Assembly: GCA_964609425.1 (NCBI GenBank)
Contig: CAZSSV010000001.1
Location: forward strand, 905-38,642
Source of the DNA: an uncultured Isosphaeraceae bacterium
GTDB taxonomy: Bacteria; Planctomycetota; Phycisphaerae; Phycisphaerales; SM1A02
Reading direction: 5' to 3'
DNA: 37,738 bases
Part shown: positions 25,075 through 32,109 of the stretch, piece after piece
How positions within the stretch are numbered: the first letter of the stretch is position 1
Layout of the letters: each line of letters starts with the position of its first letter
Translations under genes and position numbers: made by a program
The notes under the pieces: model-generated
What the model saw: the letters and a program-made list of their open reading frames with translations, nothing else
What the model was told of the DNA's origin: nothing
Databases searched by the model: none

Positions 25075-25857
25075 GTGACGGCACGAGCCTGGATGTGGCC
25101 GGTCCTTGCGATGCTGCTGCTGACTTCACCCAGCTTTGGGAGCGAGGGCAGTTCGCTCGTTCGGCACCCGGACTCGATCAAGGGGAAGGTCGAGCAGAAG
25201 GTCGAAGACTCGCTGGCCAGCGACGGGCCCTGGTTGCTCTTCGGGGTGATCATGCTCGCGGGCGTGGGTATCCCGATCAGTGAAGAGATCCTGATTGTTC
25301 CCGCGGGATTCCTGATCGAGCGGGGTGTACTCCCGCTCTGGGGTACCGTGGCCGCCGCGTGGGCCGGCGTCGTGCTTGCCGATCTGATTTGGATGCTGCT
25401 GGTACGACGCTTTGCGCACAGACTGCTACGCATTCGGTTTCTTCGCCGCATGTTTCACCCACGCAGGCTGCTCGAAATCAAGCACCTGCTGGACCGATGG
25501 GGGGCATGGGTGGTCATCTTGGGCCGGGTTCTCCCTGCCGCCCGTACACCCGTCATCACCGCTGCAGGATTGGCGCACATGCCCATTGGCCGGTTCCTCG
25601 CAGGCGAGTGCATCGGTGCGGCCAAGAGCGTGGCATGGCAACTTTTCGCGGGGTGGCTGATTGCCAAAGGGATCGGGGACTCCATGCACAACCGACATCT
25701 TCGGGATGCGCTGCTCATCGGGGGGGGCATTCTGATGGTGGTCGTGGTAGCGTGGTGGATTCGAAGACACATGGCAGGCCGGCGACATCGACCGAGGGCT
25801 CCGATGCGCTGGCTTCGAGAGGCGTGCAAGGCACCCGCGGACAGAGCCCCCACATGA
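25075..25857 (+). CDS. DedA/VTT-domain membrane protein, paralog 1
   Basis: GVGIPISEEILIVPAGFL... and the VLPAARTPVITAAGL re-entrant-loop motifs are typical of DedA. GTG start at 25075, with ATG 25093 as an alternative. Confidence 0.82.
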   Translation: MTARAWMWPVLAMLLLTSPSFGSEGSSLVRHPDSIKGKVEQKVEDSLASDGPWLLFGVIMLAGVGIPISEEILIVPAGFLIERGVLPLWGTVAAAWAGVVLADLIWMLLVRRFAHRLLRIRFLRRMFHPRRLLEIKHLLDRWGAWVVILGRVLPAARTPVITAAGLAHMPIGRFLAGECIGAAKSVAWQLFAGWLIAKGIGDSMHNRHLRDALLIGGGILMVVVVAWWIRRHMAGRRHRPRAPMRWLREACKAPADRAPT

Positions 25858-26525
25858 CCGAATTCATCACCCAATACGCCGACTTCCTTCCGTGGGTTGT
25901 GTTGGGGTTGCTGCTGGCGAGCGGCTTCGGAATTCCCATCGGCGAAGACATCATCATCATTCCTGCTGGCGTTCTCGTGGGAGAGCAGGTGCTCGGCCCA
26001 AACATCTGGGCGCCGACGCTTGTCGCGGCAATTGTTGGCGTGGCGACGGCGGACATGCTCTGGTTTATGTGGTGCAGCGTCTTCGGGACGCGGCTTCTCC
26101 ATCGACGATTCATCAGGAAGTTCCTGCATCCCAAGCGGCTCCTTCAGGCGAAGCACCAAATTGACCTGAGGGGCATCTGGGTCGTCGTGGCGGCGAGGTT
26201 CATTCCGGGAAGCAGGACGCCCGCCATCACGGTGGCGGGCCTCATGCATCTTCGGCCGCTTCGATTCATCGTCGCGACTTGGTCATGCGTCCTCGTCACG
26301 GCGCCGATGCAGTTCTTTGCGGGCGTGCTTGTTGGCTATGGGATTGCGTCGCGGGATACGTTCGGGGCGCTGCAATGGGTCATCGCTGGAGCGGTTCTGG
26401 CGGTCGTGATCTCGACCGCGGCCGTCGTCTTCGCCAGATCACGGGGCCGTCGCGCCGAGCCTCCACGTGCTCGCGCCCGGTGGCTCAAGCGGTATCGCAG
26501 TCCTTCCGGTTCTCGCCCGGGTTGA
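25854..26525 (+). CDS. DedA/VTT-domain membrane protein, paralog 2
   Basis: GFGIPIGEDIIIIPAGVL... and FIPGSRTPAITVAGL, collinear with paralog 1. The ATG overlaps the upstream TGA (ATGA). The track ORF 25359-26525 is a 5' over-extension. Confidence 0.85.
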   Translation: MTEFITQYADFLPWVVLGLLLASGFGIPIGEDIIIIPAGVLVGEQVLGPNIWAPTLVAAIVGVATADMLWFMWCSVFGTRLLHRRFIRKFLHPKRLLQAKHQIDLRGIWVVVAARFIPGSRTPAITVAGLMHLRPLRFIVATWSCVLVTAPMQFFAGVLVGYGIASRDTFGALQWVIAGAVLAVVISTAAVVFARSRGRRAEPPRARARWLKRYRSPSGSRPG

Positions 26526-26551
26526 CACCCTCGGGGTGGTATCCTGCCACC

Positions 26552-27682
26552 ATGAGAGCAGTGATCACCGGTCAAATCGGCATCGATAAAAAGCCATACC
26601 TCGAATCCGTCCGGGCACTCGGAGGCGAACGAGGGCAGCGCATCGAACTCTTTCATGTCGGTGACATGATGTACCAGGAGGCGCCCGACATTCGTCCGGG
26701 CCGCATTCTCGATCTCCCACTCAGTCGTTTGGCCTCGCTGAGGCGGGCGGCATTCAAGGACATCATTGCAGACACGACCCCCATCGTGGATTGCCCCGAC
26801 TTGATCGTGAACACGCACGCCACCTTCCGATGGCGGCACGGGCTTTTCAGCGCCTTCGACTTTGATCAGATGGAGAAGTTGAGGCCGGACATGTTCATCT
26901 GCCTGCTCGACAACATCGAAGTCGTGCACGATCGATTGCACGATGAGCACGACATCGACGCCACGTTGAAGGACTGCATGGTGTGGCGGGAGGAGGAGAT
27001 TCTTGCGACCGAGTTGCTCGCCAGTGCGATGGGATGTGCCGATCAGTTCTACATCCTGAGCCGTGGCCGACAGCAGGACACCTTCGAAACGTGTCTGCGG
27101 CTCGTGACACGCCCCGACATGAAGCGGGTGTATCCATCCTTCCCCATGAGCCACGTCATGGACATGCCGGACGTGCTTGAGGAGATCGGTCGGTTTCGAA
27201 ATGCCCTTGCGGAGCACTTCATCACCTTCGATCCGGCGGATGTGGACGAGAAGTTGTTGCTGGACCGGGCCATCGAGGCGGCCAAGACTGGCCAGGACTG
27301 GATTGACGTGACGCCCCACGCGTATGGCGGTCGCGAAGGGCGGGAGCTCAAGGTCCGCGTCAGGGAGGTGCTGGACATCGCGGGAGATGTCGACGGGCAG
27401 ATCTACATGCGAGACTTCAAACTGATCGACCAGAGCGACATGATTGTCTCACTCGTTCCCGAGTTGCCCGGTGGCATTCCCGGCCTGTCCAGTGGTGTCG
27501 AGCGGGAACTTCAGCATGCGTGGGAACACACCAAGGAGGTCTACGTGGTGTGGAAGCCGGCCAAGCCACCGTCACCCTTCATCACCGAGACGGCGACGAA
27601 GATCTTTCCGGATGTCGATTCGGCCTTGGAGTACTTTGAATCCGAGCGGATGTTCGCGCCCGGAAACCTCTTCGGCCACTGA
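26552..27682 (+). CDS. Two-domain hypothetical protein: kinase-like N-domain with degenerate P-loop + nucleoside 2-deoxyribosyltransferase-like C-domain
   Basis: The N-domain (MRAVITGQIGIDKKPY...LIVNTHATFRWRHGL...FICLLDNIEVVHDRL) is collinear by eye with archaeal-type adenylate kinase, but GQIGIDKK replaces GxPGxGK[ST]. The C-domain (RVYPSFPMSHV...IDQSDMIVSLVPELPGGIPGLSSGVERELQHAWEHTKEVYVVW) has the NDT/flavodoxin-like pattern. Confidence 0.6.
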   Translation: MRAVITGQIGIDKKPYLESVRALGGERGQRIELFHVGDMMYQEAPDIRPGRILDLPLSRLASLRRAAFKDIIADTTPIVDCPDLIVNTHATFRWRHGLFSAFDFDQMEKLRPDMFICLLDNIEVVHDRLHDEHDIDATLKDCMVWREEEILATELLASAMGCADQFYILSRGRQQDTFETCLRLVTRPDMKRVYPSFPMSHVMDMPDVLEEIGRFRNALAEHFITFDPADVDEKLLLDRAIEAAKTGQDWIDVTPHAYGGREGRELKVRVREVLDIAGDVDGQIYMRDFKLIDQSDMIVSLVPELPGGIPGLSSGVERELQHAWEHTKEVYVVWKPAKPPSPFITETATKIFPDVDSALEYFESERMFAPGNLFGH

Positions 27683-27684
27683 CA

Positions 27685-28506
27685 TTGGCCACACGCCGCA
27701 TCAAACTGACGGTTGCCTACGACGGCACCGATTTCAAGGGCTGGCAGAAGCAGCACCCTCCCGGTGAGCCGCCACTCAGAACGGCCCAGGGCGTGCTCGA
27801 GCAAGCTGTTCGGCAGGTGGTGCGTGAAGAGATCTCGGTCCACGGCGCCTCGCGTACCGATTCGGGCGTGCACGCGATGGGGCAGGTTGCTGCGTTCGAC
27901 ACGGCCAGTGAGATCGATATGGACCGCTTGCCGCCGGCTGTTTCGTCCAGATTGCCCGGAGATATCCGGGTGATTGATGCCGCGGTCGTTCCCGATGCGT
28001 TCAATGTCATCGGGGATGTCGAGGCCAAGGCCTATCGATATCGCGTTGCCTTCGGACGCCGCGAAGCCCACGAGCGTCCGCTGTTTGATCGGCGGTATGT
28101 CGCATGGGTCCCGTGGCAGCAGGACCTGGATGCCATGAACGCTGCGGCGGCACATCTGGTCGGATGTCACGACTTTGCGAGCTTCACGCGTCTCAATCAC
28201 GGGCGGGAGTCCACCATTCGCGTGGTCCACGCCTGCGACGTCGAGTTGACGGGCGGTCGGGAACTCACCATCACGGTGTCCGGGGAGGGGTTTCTCTGGA
28301 ACATGGTTCGCATCATCGCGGGCACGCTCGTGGAAGTGGGCGCCGGCCGACGCGGCGTAGACTCAATCAGTGAGTCCCTGGCGGCTCGAGACCGCGGTGC
28401 GGCCGGCGTCACGATGCCCCCGGAAGGACTCGTCCTGCTGTGGATCAGGTACGGCCTCCCGGGGTCGGGCCGCCAGCGGCAGCTTCACCGGCAACGCTCA
28501 TCCTGA
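27685..28506 (+). CDS. truA: tRNA pseudouridine(38-40) synthase
   Basis: RIKLTVAYDGTDFKGWQKQ and the catalytic SRTDSGVHAMGQV. TTG start 3 nt after the upstream stop. Confidence 0.92.
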   Translation: MATRRIKLTVAYDGTDFKGWQKQHPPGEPPLRTAQGVLEQAVRQVVREEISVHGASRTDSGVHAMGQVAAFDTASEIDMDRLPPAVSSRLPGDIRVIDAAVVPDAFNVIGDVEAKAYRYRVAFGRREAHERPLFDRRYVAWVPWQQDLDAMNAAAAHLVGCHDFASFTRLNHGRESTIRVVHACDVELTGGRELTITVSGEGFLWNMVRIIAGTLVEVGAGRRGVDSISESLAARDRGAAGVTMPPEGLVLLWIRYGLPGSGRQRQLHRQRSS

Positions 28507-28540
28507 CGCACCGGGCCGGTTGGTCCGGTACCGTCGTGGC

Positions 28541-29626
28541 GTGGAACGGAGCGACAAGGCGTGGGTCGGCGCGCTCAGGCGCCGGCTTGAGGGTGAGGCT
28601 GGGCGGTGGGGTCGCCGCGATCCGGCACGCCATCCCGAGGCGGCTCACAAGGCGGCGCTCCGGACGCACCTGGTGGACGTGCTCGATCGGTTCGATGACG
28701 CGGGGGACCACTGGATGCTTGCAGTCGCCGCGTGCTGGGGTCGGTCGCTGGATGCGGCCGATGCGTGGATCGACGCGGTCGGGCCGGTCCACGCTGCGGC
28801 AGCCCTCGATGCCATGGGTTCGACTCCGGTCCAGGACCGCCTTCATCAATCCACAGACGTCGTGAAGGGGATCGCCACGCACGGGCCGTTCCTGCCGGAG
28901 CGGCTCGCCGGGGAGGCGCTGCGCGCCCTTGAGGCCGTCGGCGCGTCAAGGCATGTCCGGCGCGGTGTGGGTGCCGCGTTTCGGACCCTGCACGCGTCCG
29001 AGGCCACACCCACCACAGTTCAGGGCGTTCTGGCGGCGGTGCGTGAGGCAACACTGGCCATGGAGGTTCCCGAATGGGCGGCCGCCATGCAGGCACGGGG
29101 CGCCGTCCGCGTGTTGGACCGCAGACTCGCTTCAGCCCTGGCGCTTCTGGAATCGCAGTCGGCGTGGCTGGTCGACTGTGGGGATCCGATGCTTCACCCC
29201 GGGATGCGCGCCGTGCTGGCGGGGTTACGGGCCAAGGCCTCGCAGCGGTATCACTTGGCTCGCGCAGCCGCCGCAGGGGACCATGCAGACGCGGAAGACC
29301 GGCGTATGCTGGTGGATGCAGCGCGGCGGATCGAGCGTGGTGTGGACACCGCAGATGTGCATGCCCGAATCGCCGAGATGGCAGCGCGGTGTTCGCCGCC
29401 TTCCCGGGTGCCCGAAGCCCTCAGGGCGATCGGTTGGCCGGCGGACCCGGCAGCGCAGTTGACGTGGAGCCCCGTTGCAGTCATCGACCGGGGCGCTCAG
29501 GGCCGGCTTCTGACGCTCATGGAAAGCCGCTTCCATCAGGCGGGAGCGCGGAACACACAGCGGTGGCGTCAACGGTGCGAGGAGGTCGAGGCTGCGGCGA
29601 GGGCGGTCCTGCGCGGGCCAAAATGA
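28541..29626 (+). CDS. Hypothetical Ala-rich helical protein (approx 361 aa)
   Basis: GC3-consistent long ORF downstream of truA. The start is ambiguous (TTG 28520 or GTG 28541). The part of the track ORF upstream of this overlaps truA. No recognisable motif. Confidence 0.5.
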   Translation: MERSDKAWVGALRRRLEGEAGRWGRRDPARHPEAAHKAALRTHLVDVLDRFDDAGDHWMLAVAACWGRSLDAADAWIDAVGPVHAAAALDAMGSTPVQDRLHQSTDVVKGIATHGPFLPERLAGEALRALEAVGASRHVRRGVGAAFRTLHASEATPTTVQGVLAAVREATLAMEVPEWAAAMQARGAVRVLDRRLASALALLESQSAWLVDCGDPMLHPGMRAVLAGLRAKASQRYHLARAAAAGDHADAEDRRMLVDAARRIERGVDTADVHARIAEMAARCSPPSRVPEALRAIGWPADPAAQLTWSPVAVIDRGAQGRLLTLMESRFHQAGARNTQRWRQRCEEVEAAARAVLRGPK

Positions 29627-29645
29627 CCGTCGGCAGCGGAGTACC

Positions 29646-30353
29646 ATGCCCGTCATGGCACGCATGCTCGTTTTCGGGCCCCATCCGGACGATCAGGGAC
29701 TGGGCATGGGCGGTTCAATCGCCAAACTGGTCGATCAGGGGCATGACGTCGTGCTCGTGGACATGACCGACGGCGAACCCACGCCATTGGGCGATCCTCA
29801 GACGCGGGCGGCGGAGGCCAGTGCTGCAGCGGACATCCTTGGCGTTCGCCGAGTTCAGGTGGGCCTTCCCAACAGGTGTGTTCAGCACACGATCGAGGCC
29901 CGGCATGCGGTGGCGGGCATCATTCGCGAGCACCAGGCGGATGTCCTCTTCGCGCCCTATCCGCAGGATGCCCATCCGGACCACATTGCCACGACGCGGA
30001 TCGTTGAGGACGCTCGATTCGACGCGAAGTTGACCAAGACGGATCTTCCGGGCAAGCCTGTGTATCCGACGTGGCTGTTTCACTACTACTGCACGCACCT
30101 TCGCATCGTGCCTTCGCCGTCCTTCTTTCTTGATATCAGCGGATATCAGGACCGCAAGCGGGCGGCGATCGTCGCGTACGACACCCAGTTCGTGCAGCCC
30201 GAGAAGAACCGCAGGGTGGTGCAATGGGTCGAGCAGGCAGGTGCCTACTTTGGAAGCCGGATTGGGACGGACGCGGCAGAGCCCTTCCATGCGCCAGAAC
30301 CGCTCGGCCTGCGTGGGTTCGATCAGGTGGCTGGCGTGCCGGCCCCGCTGTGA
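29646..30353 (+). CDS. PIG-L/LmbE-family N-acetylglucosaminide deacetylase (BshB1-like)
   Basis: VFGPHPDDQGLGMGGSIAKL...(zinc-site PDD), HPDH, and a YDTQF tail, typical of LmbE/BshB deacetylases. Confidence 0.82.
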   Translation: MPVMARMLVFGPHPDDQGLGMGGSIAKLVDQGHDVVLVDMTDGEPTPLGDPQTRAAEASAAADILGVRRVQVGLPNRCVQHTIEARHAVAGIIREHQADVLFAPYPQDAHPDHIATTRIVEDARFDAKLTKTDLPGKPVYPTWLFHYYCTHLRIVPSPSFFLDISGYQDRKRAAIVAYDTQFVQPEKNRRVVQWVEQAGAYFGSRIGTDAAEPFHAPEPLGLRGFDQVAGVPAPL

Positions 30354-30790
30354 ACGCCTGTTGATCCAAAGCCGCTGGTGCCGCGCCGCGTGGCGTCGAG
30401 TTCCTCGACCGCCTCAATGGTGCAGTGGGTGACCGGAGACACGATCATCTGGGCGACCCGCATGCCTGGCTCGATCACGAACGCCGCGCTGCCGAGATTG
30501 ATCAGCGGCACCCTGACCTCACCGCGATAGTCTTCATCGATGGTGCCCGGGGCGTTCGGAAGGGTGACGCCGTGCCGTGACGCCAGGCCCGAGCGGGGTC
30601 GGACCTGGCCCTCGTGACCAGGCGGCAGCGCGATGGCGATGCCGATGGGAATCAGCTGAATGTCCCCTGGTGCGATGGTGATCGGTTCGGGGATGGCTGC
30701 ATGCAGATCAAGTCCGGCGGCACCGTCGGACTGGTACTCCGGCAGATGAGCCGATTCGGTCAGTCGGTGAACGAGAAGGGTCGGTGGCAT
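30323..30790 (-). CDS. dut: dUTP diphosphatase
   Basis: AAGLDL, RSGLASRHGV, GTIDEDYRGEV and RGTSGFGSTG are dUTPase motifs 1-5. The 3' end overlaps the convergent deacetylase gene by 31 nt. Confidence 0.92.
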   Translation of the reverse strand: MPPTLLVHRLTESAHLPEYQSDGAAGLDLHAAIPEPITIAPGDIQLIPIGIAIALPPGHEGQVRPRSGLASRHGVTLPNAPGTIDEDYRGEVRVPLINLGSAAFVIEPGMRVAQMIVSPVTHCTIEAVEELDATRRGTSGFGSTGVHSGAGTPAT

Positions 30791-30841
30791 GGTGAGCCAC
30801 GGTAGCGTTGCGGCCGGCAGGGCGTCGGGGAGCGCCTCAGG

Positions 30842-31189
30842 TCAGCCCGCGTCTGAGCGGAGCCGAGAGAGGCCGCCGCACGTCGTCACGAATGGAAGCT
30901 CGCAGTCCGGGCGGAGAACCCGATCCACCGAGTGGATCAGTGAGTCTGCGGCTCGCCTGGCGCCCGCAAGCCGGGGCTTGACGCGCGACTCCAGATCGGT
31001 CGTGGTTCCGCGATCGCGCTCGACGTGTTGTCGTGATTGGGAGATGGTCCTGAACTCCGTCGTGATGCCTGAACGCGGACGTCTGAGACAGGCGTCCTGC
31101 ACTCGTAGTCGGCCAGAATACAGGGAATCCGCCAGTTTCGCGATGAATCCTGCGGAAAGCATGGCATTCAAGTATGTGAATTGATTCAC
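30842..31189 (-). CDS. Hypothetical protein (115 aa; start uncertain)
   Basis: This is the only non-junk frame here, but GC3 is only moderate and no SD is seen. ATG 31189 sits inside the TGTGA-N6-TCACA palindrome; Met10 (31162) is an alternative start. No motif recognised. Confidence 0.35.
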   Translation of the reverse strand: MNQFTYLNAMLSAGFIAKLADSLYSGRLRVQDACLRRPRSGITTEFRTISQSRQHVERDRGTTTDLESRVKPRLAGARRAADSLIHSVDRVLRPDCELPFVTTCGGLSRLRSDAG

Positions 31190-31190
31190 A
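31175..31190. promoter_or_regulatory. Perfect CRP/FNR-superfamily-type operator palindrome TGTGA-ATTGAT-TCACA
   Basis: Read directly: tgtga(31175-79) attgat tcaca(31186-90). It sits in a locally AT-richer patch at the edge of a 514-nt intergenic island. I saw no second TGTGA-N6-TCACA in the window. Confidence 0.4.
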
Positions 31191-31217
31191 TGAAAGTGGG
31201 TGTTTCGAACAAGGCAG

Positions 31218-31246
31218 CCAGGCCTGCCGAGTGGTGGCAGGCCTGG
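31218..31246. other. Strong hairpin: 11-bp perfect stem (CCAGGCCTGCC / GGCAGGCCTGG), 7-nt loop
   Basis: The inverted repeat was read directly. No convincing U-tract follows on either strand, so its function is undetermined (attenuator, RNA stability element or protein site). Confidence 0.5.
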
Positions 31247-31453
31247 TGTGAACGGTCGATCGTCGTGCGTCTTGGAACGTCGTCGCCGCAGTTCTTCATG
31301 GCTACCTCGAAGCGTCGTGGCTCATCGGCGGGCCTCTCATCACCCACTATGGTTGCGGTCCCGGTACGTGAACTGCGAATCGGCGGGAATCTGAAAAGAC
31401 CCGGTCGCGTGCGGGGCCGCCCATGTGCTCGCTGCCGATCACCTCAATACCAG

Positions 31454-31478
31454 CGGCCCCGCCGAGGAGGCGGGGCCG
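31454..31478 (+). other. Hairpin with 10-bp GC stem (CGGCCCCGCC / GGCGGGGCCG) presenting a GAGGA loop
   Basis: Inverted repeat read directly. The loop carries a GGA triplet. Confidence 0.45.
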
Positions 31479-31480
31479 GT

Positions 31481-31531
31481 GGTGGAGAGAGAGGAGAGAG
31501 GAGAATCGGAGGAGAGGTCTGGGAGGAGAAT
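31481..31531 (+). repeat. Purine-rich GGA/GAG low-complexity tract (CT-rich on the minus strand)
   Basis: ggtggagagagaggagagaggagaatcggaggagaggtctgggaggagaa. Counting the hairpin loop, there are 8 GGA triplets between 31466 and 31527. Confidence 0.6.
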
Positions 31532-31541
31532 GTCGGTCGGG

Positions 31542-31562
31542 GGTGGTCCCTTTCGGGACTCC
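31542..31562 (+). other. Short hairpin (GGTCCC-TTTC-GGGACT) followed by TTGAAGTTT; weak terminator-like element
   Basis: 5 Watson-Crick pairs plus 1 G-U pair, extendable by 2 bp across a bulge. The downstream U content is modest. Confidence 0.25.
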
Positions 31563-31703
31563 TTGAAGTTTGCCCCGAGCGGGCTCGCTTCACCCTCAAC
31601 TACGGCCCTCAGCGGGGCGTGTTTGACCGTCGCCTGCATTTCGCGAAGTTTTTTCCAGAACCGCGTTTTGGTGGCCGCCAGAGCCAGTTTTCCGGGCGCT
31701 GGC

Positions 31704-32093
31704 CTATCCACACCCGCCGAAGGCGGCCAGCAGCACGAGCAGATCATTGACATCGCCCAGCCCGTCGCCGTTCAGGTCCGCATCCGCCGTGCCGTACACC
31801 GAGAGGAAGTCGAGCAGATCGGTGATATCGACGATTCCGGAGCCGTCAAGGTCTCCGAGGCAGGTGTCCTCGAGCGGGCCGATCGAGCCGCCGAGAATGG
31901 TCCAGTCGTCGCCCGTGAGCGTGTCAACGGCAGGTTGGCCAGCGGCCCCCCGCACGGTCCACTGATCGCCCGACATGGTGTGGGAGGCATAGGTGGTCGA
32001 GCCATCGATCCAGGCGCCCGTACCGATTCCCCAGGCCAATCCGGCGATCGCCGCGGTGATGATGAGAACGAAGATGTTCCCTGCTCGGGTCAT
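31704..32093 (-). CDS. Small membrane-anchored dockerin-like (double EF-hand-type Ca loop) protein, 129 aa
   Basis: N-terminal TM/signal anchor MTRAGNIFVLIITAAIAGLAWG. The C-terminus GDLDGSGIVDITDLLDFLSVYG...ADLNGDGLGDVNDLLVLLAAFG has two dockerin-type repeats. GGGAG lies upstream. It starts 16 nt after the collagen-like gene's stop. Confidence 0.72.
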   Translation of the reverse strand: MTRAGNIFVLIITAAIAGLAWGIGTGAWIDGSTTYASHTMSGDQWTVRGAAGQPAVDTLTGDDWTILGGSIGPLEDTCLGDLDGSGIVDITDLLDFLSVYGTADADLNGDGLGDVNDLLVLLAAFGGCG

Positions 32094-32109
32094 GGTCGAA
32101 CTCCCTGAA

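Noticed and set aside
26526-26538. CACCC-TCG-GGGTG hairpin right after the dedA2 stop as a terminator
   Set aside because: The stem is only 5 bp with a strained 3-nt loop and no U-tract, and the next gene starts 14 nt later on the same strand.
31190-31703. Known structured RNAs (tRNA, tmRNA, RNase P RNA, SRP/4.5S RNA) in the long spacer
   Set aside because: I found no GGTTCGAATCC-type T-arm with a paired stem, no ...CCACCA 3' end, no GAGGAAAGTCCGGGC / ACAGAACCCGGCTTA P4 strands, and no SRP domain IV GGAA/AGCA motif pair on either strand.
31181-31750. 189-aa plus-strand ORF (and 31200-31394, 31425-32108) spanning the intergenic island
   Set aside because: The translations are Arg/Gly/Ser-rich with GGGAGGGERGERR-type low complexity derived from the purine tract. 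There is no SD and no plausible fold.
31439-31753. Minus-strand ORF whose GTG (31711) overlaps the dockerin-like gene's stop: a possible 91-aa fourth operon member (..KLALAATKTRFWKKLREMQATVKHAPLRAVVEGE..)
   Set aside because: The first half has tolerable GC3 and an amphipathic look, but the second half is pure Ser/Pro/Leu low complexity from the CT tract. No motif was recognised. I left it unannotated; Ribo-seq or conservation could revive it.
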